DNA of 64,000 nucleotides. Origin: Felis catus (Eukaryota). The notes under the pieces are model-generated. The model was not told the origin of the DNA. It searched no databases and saw only the letters and a list, made by a program, of their open reading frames with translations. A program made the translations under genes and the position numbers. The stretch spans positions 1,922,001 through 1,986,000 of the forward strand of contig NC_058383.1 of NCBI RefSeq assembly GCF_018350175.1, given 5' to 3'. Numbering within the stretch: the first letter of the stretch is position 1; each line of letters opens with the position of its first letter. Shown piece after piece: positions 25,944 through 39,000 of this stretch.

Positions 25944-27529
25944 CGCTCCTGGGGAAACACGGGCACAGAGGCACAAGGCGGGATGTTTTCTGGGAACGCG
26001 AACGTATAAAATATAAAAACAGAACGGAGAGAATCCATCCCGAACTGATAACAACTGTCACCTCTGGTAAAGAGAAGGTGATGGCAATCAAGGTGAGATT
26101 TCCACCTAGTTAATAATGTTCTACATTTTTTTTTTTAAAGAAAATGTGTTTATCCATATACTGCTTAATTGCAAGTTAAATGTTTAGAGAGTTACCGTTC
26201 ACAGCTTAAACGTCAAAGAACCACAATATAAGACTCTTGATGCTGAAAAAGTGAACACAATTTCTGCTCACAATCTCAAAAGCACCACAAAGTCCTAGAC
26301 CTCACAGTCCCCACGATTACACGTGGGCTCTGCCTGTGTAGACAGGACACCAGAGAAAATTCATTCTGTATCCATAAACACAAACCCTTCAACAAATCAA
26401 AATCAATGTGAGATTCACATTTATGGTCGACGGACAAGATTCAGTCTCAAAGGCTTAGGTTTTCTGACTCCAGCCCACCCAACCACGATTCCCACCTTGA
26501 CCGTGCCTCCTTAACACTGCCCACTTCAAGCAAGTCACTTGCCTCTGGGTTTCCTTTATCCCGGTGTAAAAAAAGGTTTGTTCTACCACGTCACCTGCCT
26601 CATGGGATGGTCAAAAGATTTTAAATGGGATGAAATGACAGGTTACATCCCAGCAATCCGTGAACCCTGAATTTGAGACTCAGCCGGCTATAGAAAGCCC
26701 TCTGTAAACACAGAAGTACTGGCTACACTGTGGATACCATGAGCGGGCCTAATAAAATCGCCACGACCCCAAAGGAGGCCAGCTACCATGGAAATTCCAG
26801 ACCAAGTTGCAGGAAAGGCAGTCTTGGAGAGCTGGTGCCATCCGTAACTGGCAGCCGTAAGTGGAGTCCTGCCTCAAACACCTCCTGCAGTTACCTGTAC
26901 CTGCAGAGACACCCCTGAGCCACCACCACCACCACCACCACATCCAGCAACTATGAACTGCTTTATGATCCGAGGGGAAACAGCCTCCCATTTCCAAATG
27001 TGACCCAGCCAAAGGGGCGAGGCCACGGCCCTGGTATAGGTGAGACGGACTGCCCACGCTGGGCGCCAACGTGAGACCTCGAGGACACAATGTTCTAACC
27101 AACAGCAAGAGCCATCACACGTGTCCTCTTACCCAGCTCCAAATGAAATGAAAAATCTAAAGACCAACTTTGGGGGTGGGGGACTTCAGTGCAGACGCAG
27201 ACTCACCCAGGATCTTTCATATCAATTAGTCAGGCCAGTCCAACGCCCACGCCCCAGCAGCTTCCCTGACGCCCCCTTCCTGTTTCTCCCTAATGAATGA
27301 GCTCTCTCGTAACCCCCCAGAACTTAGGGTGAGCACAGCCCCCTGGAGACACCTCGCCAGACCGCCAGGAGGAGTCCCTCAACCTCGTGCCCCACCCCAC
27401 CCCCCCCCCCCCCCGCCAGCACCAAGAAGAGGTAGTAACTCCTACCAACATCCCCCTACGTGCGTTCTGCAGTTAGAGGACTAGGACTAGAGGAAGGAAC
27501 TTTTCAACAGGGAGCATGCTAGAAAAGCC

Positions 27530-28480
27530 AAGCCTGGCGCACGCCTTTCCGTGTTCATGCTCATCCACTAGCTCGGAAGCACTCCCGGCGAAGTCTGTCC
27601 GGATTGCTGGGGAGAACTCCCAATTTCTCGTCGGAGCCCCGCAAAGTCCTGGGCTGCGCCCCACGCGGCCGGGCGGGGCGGCACCGCGGGGGGCGGGGGA
27701 CGTCCGTCCCCGAGGGGGCCCTGCACCGGGAGGCGCGGGCAGAAGAGCGCGGCCGGGACAAACCTGAGCAGGTGCTCGGGTCCCCGGCCCGCGGCGCCAC
27801 AGCGCGCTCCTCGGCGTGGCAGGGGCACGCGGGGCGCCGCGGACACCCAGGGAGCCGAGGGTCGCGGGGTCACGGGGGACGCGGGCCCGGGACCGCGCGC
27901 TGGAGCCCGGGGGACCGCGAGCCGTACCTGCCGCCGGCGGGTCCGCCTCCTCCTCAGCCTCCGCCTCAGCTGCCGCCGCGACTGGCGCCGCGCCTGCCTC
28001 CCCCGGCAGCCGGTCCATCACGCCGCCAGTCATGTGAGCGCGCGCCACGTGACTTCCTCCGCGCCCGCCCGCCCGCCCGCCTGCCCGCCTGGCCGCGCCC
28101 ACCCCGGCACGCCCCGCCCACGCCCGGCCCCTCCCCGCCCCCTGCCTGGCCTCGCGGCGCCCGCTCCGGGCCTGCCACGCCCCTTCTCCGGCCTCGCCAC
28201 GCCCACCCGGGCCTGCCACGCCCCTTGCCCGGACTCGCCACGCCCCGGCCACGCGGCCACCCGGAGGATTGGCCCGCGCTCCCGCCCGCGCTCCCGCTCC
28301 CCCCAGCAGGCTCGGTGCCAGCCCAGCTCGCCCACTCGCTTAGCCGCTTGCTCGGCCGCTTGCCGTCACGCTCACCCCTCGGCCGCTCACTCGGCACTTC
28401 CGCGTGGGCCTCTCCCCGCCCCGCGCCCCCGCACCCCTCCCGGCTCGTCCCTCGCTCCCCCCGCCGCCTCTAGCCCTTCC
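27530..28480 (-). promoter_or_regulatory. CpG island / SNX8 promoter and first exon
   Basis: Very GC- and CpG-dense, surrounds the SNX8 ATG. Repeated CCACGCCC (KLF/SP) boxes at ~28115-28245; E-box GCCACGTGAC at 28044-28053. No TATA box seen. Confidence 0.9.
27928..28033 (-). CDS. SNX8: Sorting nexin 8, coding exon 1 (106 bp from ATG)
   Basis: ATG at 28033-28031 gives MTGGVMDRLPGEAGAAPVAAAAEAEAEEEADPPAA, similar to the recalled human N-terminus (MTGRAMDPLP...EAEADEEADPPASD). Donor CAG|gtacgg at 27928/27927, phase 1, in frame with exon 2. Lies in a CpG island. Confidence 0.95.
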
Positions 28481-28810
28481 CTTAGCTCCCACCCCCCTCC
28501 GCTCACTCATTCACTCGTTCACCCGCCCGCCCTCTCACTCGTTCCCTTCCGCCCGTCCGCAAGGACTCACTCACCCTCCCGCCCGCCGGCTTGCTCATTC
28601 ACTCTGCTGCTCACTTACGCACCACTCCCCACTCACTCATTCACCCCCTCGCTCACTCAGCTTTTCACACGCACCCATCCCCCCCTCATTCATTCGTTCA
28701 TTCCTCCACTCACCCACTCCTCCCCCCGCCCCCTTGCTTGTTCACCCACTCGTCCACCCCCTTGCCCACCCACTCTCACTCGCCCTACCAGCTCACTCAC
28801 CCACTCCCCC
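28470..28810. repeat. Pyrimidine-rich (CACT/CTCA/CATT)n low-complexity tract upstream of SNX8
   Basis: Recurrent cactcac/ctcattc/cacccac units with strong C-over-G strand skew. Confidence 0.8.
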
Positions 28811-29859
28811 TGGCCGTCCAGTGCCGGGACCCGGAGATAGGAGGATGCATTCGGTGCCTCCCCCGATCTGGAGGACCACAGGACACCAGAGCAAGTGTCC
28901 TGGCTGTTCCAAAGTGAGGCTGTGGGGGCACCGGAACAGATGAAGGGACCCCTGGGTGGGGCAGAGCCTGCCTGAGCTGATGCTGGGGATGAGGAGTTCA
29001 GCAGAAGGAGCGGCCTCCAGCAGGCGCGAAGGTTCTGAGGCATCAGGCAGCTGCAGACGCTGTGGTCCTCCTGGAGCTAAAAGTGTGGCTGCAGAAATGG
29101 CAGAAGAGGAAGCTGGGGCGCCAAGAAGGGCTCCATGAGGGAGGGCCTCGTTTCCAAAGTCAGAATCCTGGACCTCCGGATTCTGATGCCCACCAACGCC
29201 CCCTGGGGGCTGATTATAGCGATCTAGAGCCCAGAGCGACCCCCCTCCCCCTCCCCGTCGGAGTCCTAAGAAAGGTCCCAGTCTTCCCCAGGTAGCTGGT
29301 TTTCCTTGCTACAGCTGGACCCTGCCTCAGTTACAGATCACCGCACCCAAGGACATCCCAGAGAGCTGTAACAGTCAGAGAGGCTCTCCCCGCAACCCCC
29401 CCCACTGTAACCTAGCAAGTGCTATCCCTTTCTCCAGATGGGCTTTTCCAAGTCACGGGGTGCGGGGGGGGGGGGGGGGGGACACTGCAGTATCCTGTGA
29501 TGCACAGACCCCCATCTGATGCTATTTCCTTCCGCCACCGCCACCGGGGCTTCCTTTCAGGGCTTGTTGCATCAAATGATGGGCTCAGCACTTTTCCCTG
29601 ACTCTGCGTCTATCCAGTCCCCAAACACACACTCACTCAGGCGTGCGCCTACACCCACACACACACTGCTGATGTCCTGGTATTACTCCACACGTATCTC
29701 TGTCCCTCACTAGATTATAAAATCTTTATTAAAGGTTTGAAAGTTCACTGGACTCTCCAAACTGTAAAACCCTAATAGAAGTGTATAAACAGACACTATT
29801 CAACAGTGATAACATTAAATGTATTAACACCCTTGACACAGGGCCACACAGCCTCTAGT

Positions 29860-30042
29860 TCAGCAGTTCTGGATCTCTGCTGCACTTTCTAATCATCTGG
29901 GGAGAGTTCAGATAGACTGTGTCTGGAGGCCGCCCCCAGAAGTTCTGATTTAATTCATCTGAGGTGTGGCCTAGACTTGGGATTTTTTTTTAAGCTCCCC
30001 AAGTGATTCCAACATGCAGCCCAGGTGGAAGGCTACGGTTCT
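29860..30042. mobile_element. MER5A-like hAT element
   Basis: cagcagttct...gcccccagaagttctgatttaattcatctgaggtgtggcct...aagctccccaagtgattccaacatgcagcc. Confidence 0.72.
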
Positions 30043-31354
30043 AGGTTGAAAGATTATTTGATTCCTGCAAACATTGCCTGAGCATTTTCTAGGTACTGCA
30101 TTTGGGGGGGAGGGGGGGGAGACACAAGGATACAACAGGATTCTCACATCACAGAGTGAAGCAGGTGATGGGGCTGGAAACATAGGTGTTGTGAGAGGAA
30201 AGGGGAGTGAGCGGTGGGTTCTGACGTGCCCAGTTCCGAATGCCTCCAGAAAAGGGAACTCGGTCCTTATAGGTTGTGGGCTCTATTGCCAGATATCTCG
30301 AACGGTTAGAAAGTTCCTGGAAACGTGCACTGAAACTCGTCTGCCTGTAACTTCTTTAGATCCTCACCAAAGAAGACTAATCCTTATACGATTTCTGCTT
30401 CATTCAGGAAGCAGCAAACAGCAGACCAGAATTTCTGACTTTTAAAACCTTGTGGTTAATGGCAAGGATCCAATTAACATTGTTCATCTGTTGTTCGAGT
30501 CACATCAATCGCTTTCCATTTAGGAAAACGAGGACCATAGGCACACGCTGACAACTGGAACAGTGGAGTCAGGACGTCACGTTGCAGGTGGACGTGCAGA
30601 AAGGGGCTGTTATCAGCTGTCCCACCGAAATGCAAGGACTTCCTCATCCTGTTGGGGGCCTTTTGAAGAAGTTAGTGAAACGCTTTGAGGACTACGGACT
30701 TGACCGTTAATAATAGTTGACCTGTTTGTCAGGATAGGCTGTATCCTGCTGCAGAAACAATCTGAACCCTCAGACACCTGAAATAACAAGGCGGCCACGC
30801 TCGCCACAGTCCCTTGGAAACCCAGACAATGGAGCGGCCACCATCTGGAAGTTCTGCCATCGCGACAAAGAGAAAGAGCTCGGCAGGATCCAGCACAAGC
30901 AGTGAAACGTCCCGCAGCCCTCCATTCGCAACTCCCTGGCCAAAAGTGTGACGCGCTTCCCCCAACCAGGAAGAGCCAGAGGGCGGACACCCCCAAGTGC
31001 CCGGAGGACCGAAAGCCAGAAATATTTGGCCAATAGCGCTAAATACCAAGCACACTAACCAAACTAGCGTTTATTGAACGTCTACCTACCATGTGCTGAG
31101 CACCTTTCTAAGTGCCTTTTATTTGGAAATTCACCAACTCACCTACCCATCACACTAAATCTACGAAATAGTAGTATAAAAGTCTCCATGCCCCAGCAAT
31201 TAAGGCAGAAGAGTCTGACACGCCAAGATCGCAGAGCTAGTCCACAGAAGAGTCGGGATTTGAACCCAGACCATCTGGTACCAGAGATCCCCCTCATAAT
31301 AGCCCCTGTGGCGTTACCCAATGCCATAAAACCCCAGTTTCTTCTCAACATTCT

Positions 31355-31416
31355 TTTTTCTTTTTTTGAGAGAGCAAGTGCATGTGCACGTGAGAGCAAG
31401 GGAGAGGAGGAGGGGG

Positions 31417-31447
<31 letters not shown>

Positions 31448-32745
31448 GGAGAGGGAATCTTAGGCAGGCTCCGCACTCAGCACAGAGCCCAAATCTGGGC
31501 TCGATCCCAAACCCTGGGATCATGACCTGAGCCGAAACCAAGAGTCAGATGCTCAACCGACTGAGCCACCCAGTCGCCCCTACCCCCTCAACAATCTTAA
31601 TCAGGAAATTCCAGTCCATCCGTAACCTCTTCTTTTAGAAGGCTTGAGGGGGGATGCGGCCTGTGGCTCTGGAAATCACACTGGGGGGAGGGAGTCTGAA
31701 GGCAGAGAAAATTACAACAACTTCGCAAATAATATTAATAGCCCCCAAACACGTATGGAACCTTAATGATGTGACAGCACTGCACAAAGTGCTGAGCCAG
31801 TATCATCTCAACACCGTGAAGGTCATGAAACCGAATCCTCGGGCGACGCTTCCTTGTCAGGCAGCGAGATACCTTCTCAAGCTTGCATCCTAAAGTTCCG
31901 GAGATCTGCTCATGTCCTCCAGGAGCCTCAGGAAGATTTCAACATCTCAGAAATGTTGGCTCTCCTCACGAGACGTCGGACAAGCTACTTTATTCTCGTC
32001 AGCCTCAGTTTGCTCGCATGTAATATGGAAATATCGGTATCACTCATTTCAAAGGTGTGTTCCTGAAAGGTTAAGGTTTAAATAAGAGACTTCTTGGGGC
32101 GCCTGGGTGGCTCCGTCGGTTGAGCGTCTGACTTCAGCTCAGGTCACGATCTCGTGGTCCGGGAGTTCGAGACCCACGTCGGGCTCTGTGCTGACCGCTC
32201 AGAGCCTGGAGCCTGTTTCTGATTCTGTGTCTCCCTCTCTCTCTGCCCCTCCCCCGTTCATGCTCTGTCTCTCTCTGTCTCAAAAATAAACGTTAAAAAA
32301 AAAAGAGAGAGAGAGACTTCTTATGTCAGTCTAAATGGACGCAGAAGTATATTCACCCTCCTTCTCCAAAACTACAGAAATGCTGGCTACAATTTTAGCC
32401 CTTCCCCGAGATGTTATTAACACATCGCTGGCATCGAAAGCAAGAAAGCGTACGAGACATAGGGAGGACTTCAAGTTACAGGAATGACCTAAAGCCGAGG
32501 CCAGACAACCCACAGAGCTTTCAGAAATGATAAAGATCTAGGGCACCTGTGTGGCTCAGTCAGTTAAGTGTCCGACTTCGGCTCAGGTCATGATCTCGCG
32601 GTCCGTGATTTCGAGCCCCACGTCGGGCTCTGGGCTGACAGCTCAGAGCCTGGAGCTCCTTCGGATTCTGTGTCCCCCCCTCTCTCTGGCCCTTTCCCAT
32701 TTGCGCTCTGTCTCTCAAAAATAAATAAACATTAAAGAAAAGATA
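31355..32745. mobile_element. SINECs at 31355-31580 (-), 32096-32320 (+) and 32540-32745 (+)
   Basis: Canonical SINEC heads and tails; TSD agagacttctt around the 32096 copy. Confidence 0.9.
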
Positions 32746-33149
32746 CAAATCTTAGGAGCCTGGGTCAAGTAACAGGAAAGCACAGCTTGGGCCTGCAGCA
32801 AGGACAGGATTCGGCCTAAAGTCCCTAGATAGGCTCAGGATGGACGGAGAGCTACCCCACCAGCCTTTAGGAGGAGCGTGGGTGCTGGCTATCCACACCA
32901 GACCAAGAGTGGAGAAAGAAGAACCCGTGAGGCAAATCCCAGTCCTGGATATTTACCCCAGGGAAATCAAAGCATATGCCCACCAGAAAGAGGCTCATTC
33001 CTAGAAGCCTCATTTGAATAGCTACAAACTGGAACTAACCCAAATGTCTGTTAACAACAGACAGGATGAACATATTTATTGCCGTAGAGCCATACAATGG
33101 CATGCCGCACTGCCACGGGGGAGCACAAAATACTCGTGCTGGCACACGC

Positions 33150-35740
33150 CAAGTGGGGGACTGTTATGACAAATACCTACAGACGCGGAACTGGCTTTGG
33201 AATTAGGGGATGGGTAGAGACCGGAAGAATTTTGACAAGCATCATAGAAAAAGCCTAGATTGCCGTGAACAGATTGTCAGCAGACACGTGCCCGTTAACA
33301 ACTCGGTTAGTGAGGACTGTGGTGTAGAAAGTCCACATCATCTTAGATGGTAATACCCAAGCTGCCATAAAGCGAGTGCAGATGGAAATTCAGACGTTAA
33401 AGGCACTTTATGGGGTGCCTGGGTGGCTCGGTCGGTTGGGCGTCCGACTTCGGCCCAGGTCGTGATCTCACGGTCTGTGAGTTCCAGCCCCGCGTCGGGC
33501 TCTGTGCCGACAGCTCGGAGCCTGGAACCTGCTTCGGATTCTGTGTCTCCCTCTCTCTCTCTCTGCCCCTCCCCCGCTCAAGCTTGGTCTCTGTCTCTCT
33601 CAAAAATAAATAAACATTAAAAAAAAAAAATTAAAGGCGATTTTGGTGAGGCCTCAGAAGGAAATGAGGACCACACTACCGGAAGCTAGTGGAAAATAGC
33701 TTCTGCCCCGCGGTGGCAGAAAGCCCAGCTAGATTGTGTCCCAGGTCCATGAGAAAGAACCTATCCGGACTGCAAACAATTGTAAAATTAGGAGACTCAC
33801 GGTCAGGAAAGTGTGCTCTGGAGAGAAAGCCAGGGGTGTGTCTGGACAACGTTTTTCTAGCGCCTGGAAAGGAACAAAAGGCCACAGTATTCATCACAGA
33901 GAGCTCTTTGGAGAGATTAGATTAGATGTGTGGCATTTCAGCAGAAGCAAAAAAGAGACAGGATTATTCAGGAAAGACCTGTGGATGAGCCTCTTTCTTT
34001 TCTTTTTTTAATGTTTATTAATTTTGAGAGAGAGAGCGTGAGCAGGGGAGGGACGGGGCTGGGTGGGGGGTGGAGGGAGGGAATCCCAAGCAGGCTCCGC
34101 ACTGTCAGCGCCAAGCCCAGGGCAGGGTTTGAACCCACAAACCGTGAGATCATGACCTGAGCCAAAATCGAGAGTCAGACGTTCAGCCGCCCGAGCCCCC
34201 CCTGCTCCCCGAGCCTCTTTTGTAACGGCACACGTGTCAGACCCACACGGTTTTTGAACATCTTGTCTCAGCAGAAACACTACCAACTTGGACTTCAAGG
34301 GACAGAGGAAGACGAAATGAAAGAAGGCGGACTCGAAAACTCTACAGGCAGGAAACAGGCTGAAAATACTACTCGGCTACAAACACGTGCTACGCTTCAT
34401 GAAAAAGGAAGGAAGACTCAGGGTGCAGCCGTGGACCTTGAACCACGGAGAACAGTTCCTTGAAACCTGAGTTTGCTCCCTTGCATTTCAGAATTGCTTA
34501 GGACCGCAATTCCTTTCTCCTTCCGTTTCTTTCTGTTTAAATGGGAATGTTTATAACTGTTACCCTATGCCTATCGCGCCATCGTACTCGGGGATTAGAT
34601 CATTTGTTCTCTAGGTGCCCAGATGGAGAGGAATTCTGCCCCGGGATGAATCACAGACAGCGTCTCACCCATACCTGTTCTACCTTATTTAGATGATGAG
34701 ATTTGGGACTTTGAGTTGTGCTGGAAAGGGTTGAGACTTTGGGGGATACTGGGATGTGAGAGATGCATTTTGCAGACTGGATAGATGTGAATCTTTGGGA
34801 GCCAGAAGGTTAGCTGTGGTAGACGCAAGACTAGCCCCTCAAAGACCATCTAGTCCCCAGAACCCGTGAATATATTACCTTATGTGGAAAAAGGGACTCT
34901 GAAGATGTGCAAAGTTAAGGCTCATGAGATGGAGACAGTCTCCTGAATTATCTGGGTGGGTCAAGGTGCAATTATGAGGGTACACATAGGAGGAAGGGAA
35001 CAGTGCCAATATTATTATGGAGACATCCATGTGATGCTGGAGGCCGAGACTGGGGTGGTGCAGTCACGGGCCAAGGAATGCCGGCTGCCTCTAGAAGCTG
35101 GTAGAGACGGGGCGCCTGGGTGGCTCAGTCAGTTAAGCGACCAACTTCAGCTCAGGTCATGATCTCGCAGTTTGTGAGTTTGAGCCCTGAATCGGGCTCT
35201 GTGCTGACAGCTCAGACCCTGGAGCCTGCTTTGGATTCTGTGTCTCCCTCTCTGCCTCTCCCCACTCACACACTCTCTCTCTCAAAAATAAATAAACCAA
35301 AAAAAAAAAAGAAGAAGAATCTGGTAGAAGCAAAGAATGACTTTTCCATTGGAGGTTCTAGAAAGAACCATTCCTACCTACCAACACCTGGATTTCAATC
35401 CTTTAGGACTCATTTCACACTTGTGACTTCTAGAACAATAAGACAACACATTTTTATTGTTTTTTGTTTGTTTGTTTTTGTTTTTTTTTTTAATTTTTTT
35501 TTCAACGTTTATTTATTTTTGGGACAGAGAGAGAGCATGAACGGGGGAGGGGAAGAGAAAGAGGGAGACACAGAATCGGAAACAGGCTCCAGGCTCTGAG
35601 CCATCAGCCCAGAGCCCGACGCGGGGCTCGAACTCACGGACCGCGAGATCGTGACCTGGCTGAAGTCGGACGCTTAACCGACTGCGCCACCCAGGTGCCC
35701 CACATTTTTATTATTTTAAGCCACTAAATTTGTGCTACTT
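33150..35740 (+). mobile_element. MaLR internal region plus 3' LTR (MLT1D-like LTR from ~34816), interrupted by SINECs at 33412-33630 (+), 34000-34210 (-), 35109-35318 (+) and 35460-35700 (-)
   Basis: MLT-int start aaatacctacagacgcggaactggctttggaattagg; internal end gggttgagactttgggggatact...gggagccagaagg; then LTR tgtggtag...gaacccgtgaatatattaccttatgtggaaaaagggact...ttttaagccactaaatttgtg. Confidence 0.75.
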
Positions 35741-36084
35741 AATGCCGTTGAATTTTGTACTTAAAAAATGGTTAAGGTGGTAAATTTTATGTGTATTTCA
35801 CCACAGTTAAAAAGTTATTTTCAATTTGGGGCGCGTGGGCGGCTCAGTCACTTAAGCATCCGACTTCAGCTCAGGTCATGATCTCACAGTTTGTGGGTTC
35901 GAGTCCGCGTTCGGCTCTGTTTTGCTCAGAGCCTGGAGCCTGCTTCAGATCCTGTGTCTCCCTCTCTCTCTCTCTGCCCCTCCCCCATTCCCACTTTGTC
36001 TCTCTCTGTCTCTCAAAAATGAATAAACATTAAAAATGTTTTTAAATAAACATTTAAAAAGTCTTTAAATTATTTTCAATTAAA

Positions 36085-39000
36085 AAAAAAAAACTTTCTC
36101 ACAAAGAAAACTCATGGTCCAGATGGCTTTACTAGTAAGTTCTACTGAACTTCCAAGGAGAAAGTAATAGCAGTGTTATTATATAAGCAGAGTTTTTGCC
36201 AGGAATGGAGGTGGTTTAATTAGTTGAAAAATCAATTTAACTCACTGTGTTAACAGAACCATATGATCATCGCATATGCATAAAATTTACATTGAAGAAA
36301 AAATACATTATGCAAAAAAAAAATGCCCCCCAAAACGCATGGGAAATTATGGAAAAATTTAACACCCATTTATGATTACATCTCTCTGCAAACTAGGATG
36401 ATAAGGAAACTTCTTCAAATTGAAAAGGAGGATCCGTGAAAGGCTAAAGCTGGTTCATACTTAACCATGAGAGACCAAACATTTTCCCCCTGTGATTAGC
36501 AGTAAGGCAAGACAAGACGTTAAAAGTCAACACTGACTGGAAGTCCTCGCCCACGACTGGGTAAGAAGAAAATGGCATGAAGACTGGAAAGGAAAGTGGC
36601 TGTGGAAGCAGAGAATGCTGAGGAATCTAAAACCACCACCACCACCACCACCACCACCACCTAGAACTGGAATAGGAAAATTTACCGAGGTGGCAGGATA
36701 CAACGCTAATATACCTGAATCAGTTGTATTTCTGTATACTCGTAACAAACACATGGAAAATGAAATTAGAGATGAGCCATTTCTCCGACGTTGTTCAAAC
36801 CTATGAAACGAATAATACCAAGAGTGAACCATAAGGTGAATGATGGATTATAATGTGTCAGTGCAGGTTGGTAACAGACACACCATTCTGGTGGGGGGCT
36901 GGTAAAGTGGGGGAGGCAATGCATGGGCGGGGGCAAGGAGATATGGGAAATCACTGCACCTCCCTCTCAGTTTTGTCTGATGCTTAAACTGCACTAAAAA
37001 ATAGCTTTAAAAAATATTGGGGTGCCTGGGTGGCCCAGTCAGTTAAGCATCCGACTTTGGCTTGGGTCATGATATCGAGGCTCATGGGTTCGAGCCCCCT
37101 GTCGGGCTCTGTGCTGACACCTCGGAGCCTGGAGCCTGCTTCGGATTCTGTGTCTCCCTCTCTCTGCCCCTCACTCAATCATAAACAAACGAGTCTCTGT
37201 CTCTCTCTCTCAAAAATAAAGAAACTTAAAAAAAAAACCCTATTTCTGTCTCTCTCTCAAAAATAAACTTTAAAAAAAACCTATTTCCTCAAATTTTTGC
37301 TGTAAATTCTGATAATCAAAGACATTAGAAGAAAATTATCTTGATACCAAAATCAAATACACTGGAAGAAAACTATACGTAATGTTGCTCATGAACACAG
37401 ACACAAAAATCCTTAACAAAATATAAACAAATCTAACCCAGTAACACATGTAAAATGGATAAAATATTGTGACCAAGTAAAATGCAACTTTGGTTTAACA
37501 TTTCCAAATCAAGGTAACTCAGCAGACGTATTAGTTTTCCAGGACTGGTAACAATGCGCCACAATCCAAGGGGCTTAAAACAATAGAAATTTACTATCTC
37601 ACAGCCCTGGAGGCTTGAAGCCTGAAATCAAGTTGTCCGTGGGCCATGGTCTGTCTGCAAGTTGTTAGGGGACAAGATTCCTTGCTTTCTCTGTCTTCTG
37701 GTGGTTTGCTACAAATCCTTGGCACTCCTGGGCTTGTAGACACATCACTCTAAGCCCTCCTCTGTCGTCACATGGCTGTGTCTTCTCCACGTGTGTCTCT
37801 GTCTTCACAAGGCATTTTCTTTTTCTTACAGGGACACTAGTCACATTAGATGAGGGCCTACCCTAACGACCCCATCTTAAATTGATTATATCTGCAAAGA
37901 CCCTATTTCCAGAGAAGGCCACATTTCTAGGCACTGAGGGTCAAGACTCCAATGCATCTTTTTTGGGTGGCACAGTTCAACCCATGACACCGTATCAGTA
38001 GAACAAAGGAGAAAATTCGTAAGATCATTTCAATAGATGCGCAAAAGGCATTTGAAAAATGTCCAGCATCCATTCATCATGAAACTCTCAGCAAATGACC
38101 AATAGAAGGGACCTTTCTCAACCTCATAAGGGTATCTTCAAAAACCAAGAGCTAGCCACTCGGGCCAGCATGATAAAATATTGAATTGTTTCAACATTTG
38201 AGTTGAAATATTGGATGTCTGGGACCAAGGCCAACAACACACACTTCATTGCTCACAGTTGACATTGCATCGGAGGTCTAGCAAGAGACGAAAACAACTG
38301 CATATGGCTAGGAGAGAAAAAATCTATATAAAAATATAATCATGTCCATAGTGAGTTCTAGAGAATCCACAAGTCACTAGAATTTGTAATAACGTTTTAG
38401 CAAGAATGCAAGATACAACGTCAAATACAAATAGTTTTTATAACTCTTTTTTTTAAGTTTATTTATTCTGAGAGAGAGAGAGAGAGAAAGCACAAGTGAG
38501 GGAAGGGCAAAGAGAGAAGGAGAGAGAGAGAATCCTGAGCAGGCTCCATACCGTCAGCGCGGAGCCTGATGCAGGGCTTGATCCCACAAACGGTGAGATC
38601 ATGACCTGAGCTGAAGTTGGATGCTTGACTGACTGAGCCACCCAGGTGTCCCTATTATATTTCTATACATCAGCAATGCACAGTTAGAAAATAAACTTTA
38701 GGGGCGCCTGGGTGGCTCGGTTGGTTAAGCGCCTGACTTCGGCCCTGGTCATGATCTCACAGTTCATGAGTTTGAGCACCGTACTGGGCTCTGTGCTGGC
38801 AGCACGGAGCCTACTTGGGATTCTCTCTCTCTCTCTCTCTCTCCCTCTCTCTCTGCCTCTTCCCAGCTCTCTCTCTAAATAAATAAATTAAAAAAAAAAA
38901 AACGAGAAAAGAAACTTTAAAAAATACCAATAGTGGGGCGCCTGGGTGGCTCAGTTGGTTGGGCATCTGACTTCGGCTCAGGTCATGATCTCACGGTTCG

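Noticed and set aside
27473..28943. Several 140-290 aa ORFs over the SNX8 CpG island
   Set aside because: Stop-poor GC-rich DNA; only 27928-28033 has SNX8 similarity and a splice donor.
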